Source: the human T2T-CHM13v2.0 reference genome, Homo sapiens | Strand: one strand, 5' to 3' | NCBI RefSeq assembly: GCF_009914755.1 | Contig: NC_060936.1 | DNA length: 64,000 bases | Part shown: positions 12,831 to 26,430 of the stretch, piece by piece | How positions within the stretch are numbered: the stretch's first letter is position 1 | Layout of the letters: the number at the start of each line of letters is the position of its first letter | Notes under the pieces: model-generated | What the model was told of the DNA's origin: nothing | Seen by the model: the letters and a program-made list of their open reading frames with translations, nothing else | Databases searched by the model: none | Translations under genes and position numbers: made by a program

Positions 12831-15101
12831 ACCACTTTGCCACATAGAGGAAAATAATGGCTAGAGTTTTTTACCCAAAAATCACATGCTCACATGACCT
12901 CTAAAAAGAACTACATGGATTTTTTTCTTCTTTTGCCAAAAATTACAGATGATAGTCCTACATCTGTATAAAAAAGAACTGATAATCTAGCTTTACTGAT
13001 AAGTAAGAAAAAAAGGGAACTGGATTCTGAAAGTTTAGGGAGTCCAAGCAGTAGATGATCAGGATTATTAGAAATAGGATCAATATAAAGGCCAAGATAG
13101 TACCAGAATAAAGACAATGGACACTAAAGTGACAAAAGAATCACCAAATTCCAAAAGAGCATGGCATCACCTTGACTTTGTTCCATGAAGTTCATGTCTA
13201 TTACAGAAATTTCTCTATGGGAACATATTTCCAGTTGTATAAAAGCTATCAATAAAACTAGAATTGACACTCTTATATCCAACTTTGAGGCAACATATGT
13301 TTTACAAAGCATGGGGACATATGAATGATTATGAAAGAAATATGTATTTTAAAAGGCTTTCTGAAACTGTTTAATAAAGGAAAAATGGAAAAACTCTACA
13401 ATTTTCTAAAATATTTTATAAAAAATTATGCCTGTGAATATTTTATTACTTGGCCAAATGGAGATGTTTATCTCAAATCTTCTTATAAGAAAAGACAGAA
13501 TAAAACAATGTTCTAAAAGTAATTTTAAAATCTTACTAATAAATATTTTAACCAAGTAAGTTAAAACAGAAAAAATTCAGCAGCTCTAGCTTCTAACGAG
13601 AACTACTCAAGGAAAAGAACAAGCAGTGTCAACTAGACTCCCCAACCCCCGCTCTTTAAGTTAACCTCATCCACACAGTAAACAGACATCTCTCTCCTCC
13701 AGCCTCTCCATCTTGACCTCTCTTATTGCCAGCCAACTTCCTTATTTTCCTCAAATGGAATGGAAAAATAAATCTTCATCCTCTTTAAAAAAAAAAAAAA
13801 ATTTAGCTGCTAAGAAGCCCCAGGAATAGCACGTACCGGCACATAGTAGCACATTCAAACTATTTAGCTGGGGAAAACATGATGACTTTCCCTGCCCTCC
13901 TAAGAACTGAGCTGTTCAATTCCAGATCCTAACAAAGAAATTTTTCCAGGATGCCAGTTTGAAATTTAGGAGATAGGAGATTCAGTGTTTACAAGAATGG
14001 TGTTTAATCTCAACTGCCTCTGTTGAAACCTCAGGCAAGGTCAGTTTTGCCAAGAGCCACATGACTGCTTCCCCATTATGAAGGAAATAGAATAAAACAA
14101 TGTAGCATATTCTTGTAATTGTTGTATATGTCAAGAATGAAAATCAAAGATTCCAACTAATCAAGGCCCAGATGCTTCAGATTTGAAAAAATGTAAATGA
14201 CCATCAATCTACTAATATAAATGGGCAAAGGACAGATGATCCACAGCATGGCTCACCACAACCTACAAATGATCCCTCCACCGATGTGACTGCCCCTGCA
14301 AACCTTACAGAAAACTGCTCCCCAAGAGGAGGAGAGCAAGCTTACCCACAAGGCAGTTTCCTAGAGTCCAAAGACCTATTCCTAAAAGAAAATAATACTT
14401 CTGTTCAGAAGAAAAATACCTTTGAGTTGCTTTTTCACAGCTATTGGAAATAATAAAAACTTACTGAGTATGTCCCAGAGCTTTTATTGTGGTATTTTGC
14501 CATAGTGAAAAGAAAATAGTATGAAGATGAGCAGCCCTAAGTGTAAATCCTGACTAACATCTCTCTGTGACCTTAGACAAGTCATTATCCTATCTCAGCT
14601 TCGGTTTACTCACCTGTAAAATGAGAATGATTGTTATGAGGATTATATGCAAAAGCACACACAGATCATTTGACATCTATATCTATCAGTTCCTTTATTT
14701 TCCTGCAGGATCATATATTTAAGAGAAATAGAGAAGTTTTCTTTAAATACTAGTTATAAAATGAAATTCACTAAAAACCAGTTGCATTCAACCAATTACA
14801 ACTCAAGAGAAATATATGACAATTAAACAATGTTACCAACTATGTAGTCACACATACAATTTTAGTGTACCATTCGAGGCTCGACCATAATTTTGGCTTA
14901 CATAATTTTTCCAGTAATCCATATTCTCTCAAATACTCCTACATATAAACCCTCATTCCCACCACTGTCCTGAGCATATCTTGACTGACCCAACTTTAAG
15001 TGTCTATTCTTACCCTAAATGCCCTTTCCACTACTTTATACTTCCCATCTAGCAATTTCTCAATTCCTCAATTCCCACCCCTTTTTAAAAGTCTTCCCTT
15101 A

Positions 15102-15403
15102 GGCCAGGTGCGGTGGCTCACGCCTGTAATGCCAGCACTTTGGGAGGCTAAAGTGGGCAGATCATGAGGTCAGGAGTTCAAGACCAGCCTGGCCAACATG
15201 GTGAAACCCCATCTCTACTAAAAACACAAACATTAGCCGGACGTGGTGCTACACAACGTGTAGTCGTAGCTACTCTGGAGGCTGAGGCACAAGAATTGTT
15301 TGAACACAGGAGGCGGAAGTTGCAGTGAGCTGAGATCATGCCTCTGCACTGCAGCCTGGGGGACAGAATGAGACTCCATCTCAAAAACAACAACAACAAA
15401 AAA
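15102..15403 (+). mobile_element. AluS
   Basis: Full dimer with (CAA)n/A tail; TSD-like aaagtcttccct / aaactcttccct. Confidence 0.95.
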
Positions 15404-16419
15404 AGAAACTCTTCCCTAACCAACTCAACGTTAACAATATCTAGTCAATTGGCAATTATTTATCATGTTTAATGTTTTTTAATGTGGTTATGAAGAACCA
15501 CTCTAACGTATTCTTTTCTATCTTCTAAACAATTCTGAGGTGTGGCAAACTAGTACAGTCTTTTGCAAAATAATCCCTGAACTGAAATTGTGCTATAAAG
15601 AGTTATATGTGTGGGCTAAAAGAGAAGTCATAGAATTCTAATGATTAAAGTGTATATTATCACCAATATAAATTCCTCTAAAATTTACACAACTGGTCAC
15701 CTGACTCCACTCCTTTCTGAAGCAAAATTGGTGTGAAAACAGAAACTAATTTAGAAGTATAGAATTAAATTGAAAATTTAAAAAGAAATTTATTCCACAG
15801 AATTTCTACAGTCACAATTAGATAAAAGAGCCTCAATGCCAACTGAGCAGAAAAACCAATGAAGGCACTGCTCTTAGTGTAGCCATGTATCAATGATGAT
15901 TTTAACATGTGAAAAGCAGAACTTTTGGTAAAAGCATGCCTATTTATATCAAGGAGGTTCAAAACTGACTCAGAGGAAAAAGTACTATGCTCTGACTCAC
16001 CAAGACCACTTCCTGAAACACCCAATGTTTTTCTTGGAAGGAAGTCCATACAAGTGCCATTTCTTTCAAACACTGATTAGACAAAATTGAAGTCTATCAC
16101 AAAATAGACAAAGGACATATATTTTCTAAACCCAGCCAGGTTTCAAAGTAAAGAACATTTTCATAAACATACGGTCAGGAGAAAGGAGACTTTAAAAATA
16201 GTCAAAAATTGGTAATGTAAGGTATATTATAAAGAATAAACTACTACCTACCTGTGTCCATCTTTATACCATAGTCTCTTAATGATAAACAACCTTATGA
16301 CTTCAATCTGCTAAATTAACTAATATCTTTGGCTTCAAAACAGTCACTTTTTTAAAAGGTAATTCTTTTCTCTCTCTGAATCAACTGTGTCACCAATATT
16401 TAATAATAATTTACAAAAA

Positions 16420-16640
16420 CAATAACACTTATTAAATCCATATATGTGTCAAACGTTGTTGTAAGTTCTTTGCATGCATTAATTCAATTGATAAGCATAA
16501 CTCTAAAAGGCAGGTACTACTTTTATCTCTAGTTTACAGATGAGGAAACTGGGGCACAGAAGTGCCTTGCTCAGTATCACAGTTAGTACATGGTAAAGCC
16601 TCAGACACAGGCAGACCAACACAAAAGCCCAAACTCAGTT
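16420..16640 (-). mobile_element. MIR
   Basis: 'tttacagatgaggaaactggggcacaga' core. Confidence 0.75.
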
Positions 16641-17792
16641 TCTATGCTATGTCTGTATGTGTGACTCATCCCCCTTTAGAATACTTGATAGTAACTTAAA
16701 CACACTTAAGCATACACACACACACAATTACACATATACAGATATGTATTAACATTTCACATCTACATAATCCATGCCTGGATTCAGGTATGTCCTTCTC
16801 ATCCATTAGTTTAAAATTTTTAATGTAACTAATTATATCAATAGGACTTTAGTACAAATAATACCAAGTCTTCAATCTGAAAGAACAACTACTTGGATAA
16901 GCTTTGAAACATTACACTGTCCAGATACATTTATGTCAATCTCACTTGTTTTTTAGTTTCGAAACATTGGAAATATCTCACAGACCTATAAAAACACCAA
17001 AATGATACTGCCCTGGACACGGCCCTTAGGGGAAGAAAAATAACATAACATTTCCTTCTTCAAAATAACAAGCAATTAAATGGGATCTTGCTGTTTGTTT
17101 CCTCTTGAGTAATCTAGACTAAAAAGAGTTCAAACATCTGACTCTTACAATATTTTGCTTTCAGTAGAAAGACATCCTTTTAGATGTCAAGTCAGCTAAT
17201 AAGTATTCACTCATATTTATAACTGGTTCATGGAAACTAGTTTAAATATTAAATGACTACACATGTGAAAAAGAAATTCTTAAGTAGTTTGTGAGTCAGG
17301 CTAAGCACCATGAGATAAACCACATTTCTCTGCCGTGCAGATTATTAGGAGGCAGTATAAGAAGAACAAATTTATTCCAAAAGGGCAAAGTGCTTAGAGC
17401 AGCAGCCTAAGGAAACAGAATATATTCCCCCTGTTAACACCACTCTGGAGATGCTAAAGATTCAGAGGTGCTCTTGGAAGCCTGCCTGTCCAGTGTGATT
17501 TTAGGGTTGAGAGAGTATCATCCTATTTCCTTAAAATCTATCGTTTACACAGGCGACAAGGTGAATAAAATTCTAGCACTGGAAATTAATTCATTCTTTT
17601 GAGTTAAGCATTTTCATCCATAGGAAGCACTTTTAAACTACAAACACTTCTGGGAGTAATAATGTATTATGTCATTAACATTTAAGTGTGGATTATGAGA
17701 TACTTTCTCCTAGGATAAGAGGACTCTGGGGTAATGTATGAATGTCTATGAGATCAGTGTCTGGAAATCTTCATAGAGCAGCAGCAAACTAC

Positions 17793-17997
17793 TGAAGAAA
17801 AAAAATGCATGCTTAATGTTTTTACCTATCTCTAAAACATATATCCAGTATATTAAATATGAAGAAAAAAATTGCATGCCTAATATTTTTACCTATATCC
17901 AAAACACATTTCCAATACAATATATAAATATGAAGAAAAAAATTGCATGCTTAATATTTTACCTATATCCAATACATATATATCCAGTATATTAATA
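17793..17997. repeat. Three-copy minisatellite, 67-71 bp unit
   Basis: Unit tgaagaaaaaaa(a/t)tgcatgc(t/c)taat...ttacctat...; copies start at 17793, 17860 and 17931. Confidence 0.9.
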
Positions 17998-18096
17998 ATA
18001 GTGAAATTATGAAAGGAATTCTAGCTTATGCACGTAATGGTTATTAAAGGTAAACATTCAATAGAGTGAGCAAAACCACATAATAAGTTCATTCGA

Positions 18097-18900
<804 letters not shown>

Positions 18901-19366
18901 ACAATCATATTACTAATGTTTAAGAAAATAACTATGCAGGCATTCTGGAAGGCAGACTAGATCAGAGAACGAAGTTGACACTTTCAGGAAGCAAAGTTGA
19001 TTATTTGAGATAATTGTATCTGTCTCTTTCATTTCTATAGGAATCTTCCCACCTGTATTCTGCTCTATGTATTTGTTTTTTTTTTTTTTTTTTTTTTTGG
19101 AAAAACTTAGACTCACCTTTGTTATTCCCCTAATGTCTCCAAACTCCGTAATTATCCAAAGAGAAACCGATATATTAATTTTAAATCTGCCCACCACTTA
19201 CCTCTAAGGACAGAGACCACACTTCCTAGAATTATTAGTTACACAAGAAATCCAGTGAAGCTATCTTCATCCTATTTTAGAAAGTTCATTGTAAAATTCC
19301 AAAGACTGTAAGAATAGAGGGTTTTCCTGCTGGGTTTTTTTGTTCGTTCATTTAAAATATCCCTTT

Positions 19367-19985
19367 AATGGTGTAGTCATTGTGGAAAACAGTATGGCAG
19401 CTCCTCAAAAAAATCAAGCATAGAATTACTATATGATCCAGCAGTTCTTCTTCTGGGTGTATACCCAAAAGAACTGAAAGTAGAGACTAGATATTTGTAC
19501 ACCCATGCTCATATCAACATTATTCACGAGAGCCAAAAGGTAGATGCAACCCAAGTGTTGTCCATTCACAGATGAATAAGTAAAATATCATACATCTACA
19601 TAAGGGAATTATTTATCCTTTAAAAGGAAACAGACATCTCTCATACATACTACAACATGGATGAACCCTGAAGCCATTACACTAAGTAAAATAAGCCAGT
19701 CACAAAAGGACAAATACTCTATGATTCTCCTTAAATGAAGAACTTGGAATAGTCAAATTCAAAGACACAGAAAGCATAATGGTGGCTGCCAGGGGCTGTG
19801 GAAGGTGGAGAATGGGTAGTTATTGTTTTGGGGCACAGAGATTCCATTCAGGAAGATGAAAAACTCCTAGAGATGGATGGTCATGATGGCTGCACAACAA
19901 TGTGAATACACTTAATGACAATAAACTATACATTTAAAGATGGTTAAGTTGGTAAATTTAATATCAACTTTATCACAATAATTAA
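19367..19985 (+). mobile_element. L1MB 3' end
   Basis: ORF2 end 'gtggaaaacagtatggcag...catagaattactatatgatccagca' and 3'UTR 'gagatggatggtcatgatggctgcacaacaatgtgaat'. Confidence 0.85.
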
Positions 19986-21399
19986 AGAAATCTGAGGAAC
20001 AAATGAACTACTGAATGTCTGTGAGCCTATCAGGTAAAGCCACCTGGTCTGTAAGGCAAAGACTAGATCTTATTGTAGCTGCCTCTGTTATGGGGATGTA
20101 CTAGAAGATTAACAATTTCCTTGGCATGCGTGCGCATGCACACACACACACAAAAAACTGTCCTTAAAATCCTGTGTGTATATACACACACACATACATA
20201 TACATGTGTGTATATTTTTTAAAATTTGAAGTAGGTTAACATTGTATTCTACTTTAATAAAGATCAAGAAACACAATCTCTAATTTACAAAAGCAATAAA
20301 CTGAACTGCATCTTGAAGGAAAAAAAAGCTCGCTGGTCTAGTTTTATACCAACTCCTATTTTCTGGTCCAGTTCTAACATTATCTGGCAGGCACTTTTGC
20401 AAATTCCATTTCTCACTGATTCTTAATTTTTACCTTAGTCAAACAGAGTAGGACTCCTTGCTTCACCCCTACACACTGATCTCAGTCTACTGAGGAGATA
20501 AAATAAGAAAATGAATACATGACATTACTTTTAAAATATTCAATGATTTGTAATAGATATATTGTTTCATGAACACATGTGAAATCACTCAAAAAATTTT
20601 CAGTGTCTATTTTTCACTTTTTAATTGAGCTTTTAAACAATCTAATATGCATATAAGTTTGGGTAAAACATTCATTCAACAAAATAACACCCACTAGTAC
20701 TCCAAGGGGTTTAAAAAAAATCTGTTCAATAAGGTGATTTCAACAAATTTTAACGGCAATTGGAGAAGAAAACATTTAGATCTTGTTTTCATAATTAACT
20801 AATCCATTATTAAATCCCATACAAAATATCAATAATTATAAAATGATGCTAATTAAAGTACTTAACACTCATTTAAAAAGCAAAATAAACACATGAATGT
20901 ACCTTCCTTTTAAAAAGTTATTGACATTTTATGGCAAATCAGTTGTTGACTGCAATAGTTAGAATACCCTCTTGGAAATGAGCCCAGTGACATTGTTTTC
21001 CTCACTGTTCAAAACTTCCAACTCTTAGCAAACACTAACCTCAACGGCTAGCCAATATTACCCTTTTCGTAAGGAAAAACAGACTTATGATATCCAGTAG
21101 AAAGACATTAAAACCCTCAATGTTTGATATCATTAACTAAAGTTCACTAAAGTTTAAGCTTATGTAAAACATACACAAGTATCATTATTAAATTCTTGTA
21201 CAATCAGAGGCACATGTGTTGCTGCTACCACCTATCAGCTATTTTTTTTTTAACTCAAAGAAGGCTAACATTCAAGAATGACCCTGAATCTATTTTCTTT
21301 CCTTCTGTCTCCAAATCCCAGTCTTCTCCTCACCTAAGGTTACTCTCTCTAATTCTGCAAACCAGTATGGTAAACATCTTGTAAAATGGTCCCTCCCAT

Positions 21400-21563
21400 T
21401 GAGACAGCTAAGTGGGAGGGGATCCCTGGCAAAGCTCCTGCCGGCCTGTGCACTGGGGTGGAGCCTGAGCAAGTTTGCACCTTTGCAGAGGGGAGGAGCC
21501 TGGCCTTGCCTTTTCCTGCGTGGAACCTGGGATTCAAAAGGCAAAGCGGGAAGCACTGCAGCA
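21400..21563 (+). mobile_element. ERV1 LTR 5' fragment, MER61-like
   Basis: GC-rich patch starting tgagacagctaagtgggagggg; 'ggggaggagcctggcc...gtggaacctgggattca'. Confidence 0.6.
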
Positions 21564-22432
21564 TTGACAATGCCAAGTTCTTCCTTCCTCGAGGCCTATC
21601 ACACTTGTCTAGAATAATTATCTTTTATATCTTTGCCTATCTAAATCTTGTATCTCAGCTTAAATGGCCCCTTCTTGGGAAACCATTCCCTGACTCACCA
21701 ATCTATCCTAGATTTCTACATTACATGTTTTCACAGCACTCTGAAATTCTCTTCATAAATCTTTACTGTTAGACATTTGGGCCAATATTTGCTTAATATC
21801 TGCATTTCAAAAATAAAGTACTAGCTGGTATACTTTCTATTGAAGCAAAACACACTTTTGTATTTTGCATTTTCTTTCAAAAACATCTTGAATCTCATCT
21901 TTCTTTTAGGTGAATATTACATTTTTAATATGAGACTAGAATTTTCTGTTCTTTATATTTTATGTTTTTTTTTACAACTTATCCAAAGATATTCTTCCTT
22001 GGGCAAATTTTGTAATAAAATGACACAATTCTCCAACCTACTCTATTGTCTATGTGTACAAGTTTTTTTTCTATTTTACATACTAACTAAATTTATACAA
22101 ATGCCCATATTTGATATCTAGTTAGCAAGCCAGACAAGCTTACATTTCAGTCCTTATTAAATGTAAAACTTTAGGCTTACTTAGCCTCTATGAGCCTAGT
22201 TTCTTCATTTGTAAAGTGGTTATAGTATCTCTCAAGGGTAAGAACAATCGAAGTATGCAAAACCCCTATAGCAAAAGAGCAGGCTAAATACATGACAGTT
22301 CTTTCCTCCATGTGGGAAAAAGGCACATGTTTGAAAATGTAGCCCCATGAAATATTACACTTTACAGTACCTAATCCAATTTCCTAAAAGGGAACAAGTC
22401 TAACTTTTTTCTTCATGGTATGTATTTCAGGT

Positions 22433-22610
22433 CAGGGGTTGACAAACTTTCGGTAAAGAGCCAGGTTATAAATATTTTAGGCTTTGTGGGCCACATACAG
22501 TCTCTGTCAATATTCTTCATTTTTGTTTTTAATAACCTACCAAAAATGTAAAAAGCATTCTCAGCTTGTAGAAAGAAAACAGCCCAATGGCTAGAGTTTG
22601 CTGACCCTCT
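22433..22610. mobile_element. MER58 hAT-Charlie element
   Basis: TIRs caggggttgacaaact...agtttgctgaccctctg; 'aatattttaggctttgtgggcca'. Confidence 0.8.
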
Positions 22611-23179
22611 GCTTTGAGTTCATCATTACTCATCGATTCTACCCTTACTTTTCCTATTACTTCACCTTAATCAATACCCAACTGAACAACTACTCTCCTT
22701 ACTATTTATTAAGCTTTCAGTATAACAAACACTAATCAAGTACTTGCTTATCTGTAAGGGCCTGTAAGGTAACTCACTACCTTAAAAAAAAAAAAAATCA
22801 CATGCTACAAAACAAATACAAATAAATCCTTCCGAAGTCTTCCTCTGGTATCGCCTTGCTCTTCCCTCTGATTTCTGAGCGTATTACTACTAGTGATTTA
22901 TGCTCATGATCAGATTTCTCTTACCACAATCTTGTAATGAAGTTGGTGGTTTTAATTCCTTTGTAAGAATTTGATTAGGCTTTATGTACCACAGAGTTAC
23001 AAGTCCCCTAGTGTTCATTTTTCATTAGACTCTCTCCTTACAATTCTGAAGTACTATTATAACTCACCTTCTTTTGTTCCCCAACTTCCAACACAATCAT
23101 TTCATCCTCTTTTTGTAGTTCAGTTCACCTCCCTATCTCTAATTCTCTAATTGTTTTCTTCCCCTTTTATGTATAAGCC

Positions 23180-23620
23180 CCAGGAAAAAAATTCTGATTT
23201 AGGTATGAGAATGAGTTCCTGTTATTGCTCTGCCTATGATGATCTGTGCATTCTTACCCTGAGTAGCGTTGTTTCCTCATCTATCATAGGGATCGAAACA
23301 GCCTATGATGCCAATCAGAGACAGTTATTAAATGCATATGAAATAACACAAGTGAAAGCTACTTATCTGTAATCTACAAAGTAAGAGAACACTAAGATCT
23401 AAATCAGACTCGATTCAAGAATTGGCTCTGCCATTTATGAGTTATTGACCATGGGCAAGTTAATTAACCCCTCTAAGCCTCACTTTCCTCATCTGTAAAG
23501 ACAGTAATAATACCTACTGTATCAGGTTTTGTGAGAATTCCATAACATAATCCATGTTAAGCACTTATCATAGTGCTTAGCACATAGTTAAGGCTCAAAA
23601 ATGTTAACATAATTGTTATT
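23180..23620 (+). mobile_element. Two tandem MIR elements
   Basis: Two MIR cores ('gtttcctcatctatcataggg'; 'gggcaagttaattaacccctctaagcctcactttcctcatctgtaaa'). Confidence 0.75.
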
Positions 23621-23699
23621 TGTGGGAAAGAAATATTTCTATTCCAGGCAGCCACAAGCCTTGCATGTAAATTATTGGGAAGTGGTGCAAGATGGGTTA

Positions 23700-23989
23700 T
23701 CTGAAATTGGAGGGGAAATTATAATACAAAATATGAATGAATATGGCTCATAACATGTGGCAAAGTGAGACAGCCAGGCAATGTCTGAGATGTGTGCATG
23801 TACACTTTGTGTAGCCTAGGCAGCTCATTTTAGTTGGGTGAAATTTTCTGTGCACGCCTACTATTTCTCAGGTGAAATCACGCATAAGCAAAAGTGAAAT
23901 TTGCATTATGCTCAAAGTGTTGCCTAATATCAATCATGAAAGAATAAAAACTCCCATTTTTCAAAACAATCATTACAGCAGAATTGACT
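23700..23989 (-). mobile_element. Ancient Tigger fragment (Tigger10-like)
   Basis: Reverse strand begins TA-cagtcaattctgctgtaa and continues 'tttgagcataatgcaaatttc...tgcttatgcgtgatttc'. Confidence 0.55.
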
Positions 23990-24991
23990 GTATTTATTCT
24001 CACACTATGAACTCACAGAAAATGTTATCTGAGTTAGAAATGTAGTCACTATCTACAAAGCCTGTGTTTCTCTTCAATTTCCTATCAGTCCAAAGTCTTT
24101 CCCTAGTAAGAGCTGTCCTTTGCCTGTCAGTATTGAGCCACTATGCAACATGATTTAAAACATTTCTTAGCTGCAGCCTTAATTGTTTCATCAGCTTTCC
24201 CTGCTGGGGACAGCCTGATTCAGAGAGCCATGCCACACTTGTTTAGATTTCCAGTTGATCCCCTGTCCCCAAATGTCCATTCCAACAAAGGAGTAAAATG
24301 TCTTGTAATCAATAACACTGTCATATCACTTCATTTTTTTCAGTAACCAAATATTTATAATAAGCATGTACTGAATGCAAGGCAACCTAGAAGAAACAAG
24401 ACAAAACCACCTCTAACCCATCATAGTAAGAGACAGACTTTAAGTAATTCAATCAGTTAAACTCAGTCATTAGAAAGGAAGTAAAATATAACACATGTAA
24501 AAATAAATATAACAGAAGATGGAACACAAAACACTGGTATAAAATGCAGAAAAAAGAAGGTGAAACCAAGAAAAATTTAATGGCAGTGGTCAGTAAACCT
24601 TAAGGATGAGGTAAATTTTGAATATGAGGGAGAGACTTTCTAATTACACCACGTGTCAAGAAAAAAAGGCAGGAAATGGAAACTGTAAAGCATAAAGAAG
24701 AAGCTTAAGCCATACATTAAGATACACGACTCAAAAGATAAGTTACACACTGGACATTGAATTTCATATAATGGGAAATGGAAACTCTACTGACAATTTT
24801 TAGCCAGAAGACTGTAGCATGAATTATGAATGGGCAAAGGGAGCCCAATTGGCTTTTAGAATCCAGGCTTTGAATAAGTTAAGAGAATTGAAAGAGTCTT
24901 TGGAATGCCAGGCCAGAGCAACGGGAGGGCTTTCCCCACCCACAATCCCAGGCTTTGTGTCCAAGATTGATATTCACGGCTCTGCTTAACG

Positions 24992-25332
24992 CAGTGGTCC
25001 CCAGCCTTTTTGGCACCAGGGACTGGTTTCATGGAAGACAATTTTTCCAAGGCAGGAGTAGGCGGGATGGATCAGAATGAAACTGTTCCACTTCAGATCA
25101 TCAGGCATTAGTTAGATTGTCATAAGGAACACGTAACCTAGATCCCTCACATGTGCAGTTCACAATGGGGTTCGACTCCTATGAGAATCTAATGATGTTG
25201 CTGATCTGACAGGAGGCAGAGCTCAGGCAGTGATGCTTGCTGGCCTACTGCTCACCTTCTGCTGTGCGGCCCAGTTCCTAAAAGGCTGCCAACCGGTACT
25301 GAACCATGGCCCAGGGGTTGGGGGACCCCCTG
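24992..25332. mobile_element. MER1B hAT-Charlie element
   Basis: TIRs cagtggtccccagcc...ggttgggggaccccctg; 8-bp TSD gcttaacg / gcttaagg. Confidence 0.92.
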
Positions 25333-26109
25333 GCTTAAGGGATACTCACTATGTCATTTGGTCTGGCCAACTGTATAAATGGTGAAATAAAGAAAAATTA
25401 CTTGCATAATGAGGAAAGGCATTTTTTTAGAAACAAGGAAGATAAAGAATCCAATGGAATCTAATACTAGAGTAATAATGAGTTGTCAGAGAGTTGTTAC
25501 CAGAGCATTAAATCTAGTGATCAGAATAATATAATTGGCAAAGTTAAATAATATTGCTCTAAATTACATCTAAATATGACACAAAGAATTTTTAATAATC
25601 AAGAAAATGCACACAAATGTTCCTAAAACCAAGCTCTTGAACAAATGTTGATACAAAATCTAAGACAAGCTTAAGAAACTCACATTTCATTCAGCTCAGA
25701 TCTTACATTACCAAGTACAGAGAGACAATATTTCACAAATTGCTTTTGCATTTTAGAAAATATATTGAGCATTAAAACTACCACAAGTTTTTTCTAATCA
25801 AATTAACAAACCTAGTTAATATATTTTGTACACACGATTCTGTATAAAAATGCCACAAATTTAACCGACGTATAATTTCTTCATGTAGCTGGAAAGTCAA
25901 TTTTTAAGTGCTTACATGTCAAATTAAACAAGTCAAAACAAATACACAAACAAACTCTAAAAAAAAGGAAATTTTAAAATACTGGATTGTTTACATTAGA
26001 AATATCCTATAAATAAATGATCAAAGAGACTACATGATAACCTACCTTATTATATTCTCTTCAAAAAATATTTATACAATTCAACTACACTATTATTTAA
26101 AAGGCTAGA

Positions 26110-26263
26110 ATTTTTTCTAAGACAGTCTCACTCTGTCGCCCTTGCTGGAGTGCAATGGCACAATCACAGCTCATGGCAGTCTCAGTCTCCTGGGATCAAG
26201 CCATCCTCCCTAACTTAGTCTCTTGAGTAGCTGGGACTACAGGCATGCACCACCATGCCAGGC

Positions 26264-26306
<43 letters not shown>

Positions 26307-26430
26307 TTTTGGTAGAGACAAGGTCTCACTATGATGCCCAGGCTGGCCTTGAACTCATGGGCTCAAGCAATCCTCCTGCCTCAGTCTCCCAAAGTGCTGG
26401 GATTACAGGCATAAGTTACAGAACCTGGCC
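26110..26430 (-). mobile_element. AluJ with (TTTA)n microsatellite grown in its middle linker (about 26263-26309)
   Basis: Reverse Alu dimer with J-type features; about 11 TTTA units between the arms. Confidence 0.93.

Noticed and set aside
17793-17997. CRISPR-like repeat-spacer appearance
   Set aside because: Whole units are homologous (no unique spacers), the DNA is eukaryotic and there are no cas genes
21386-21772. 128-aa ATG ORF in a GC-rich patch
   Set aside because: Runs through an LTR fragment into L2-like sequence; no domain or splice support
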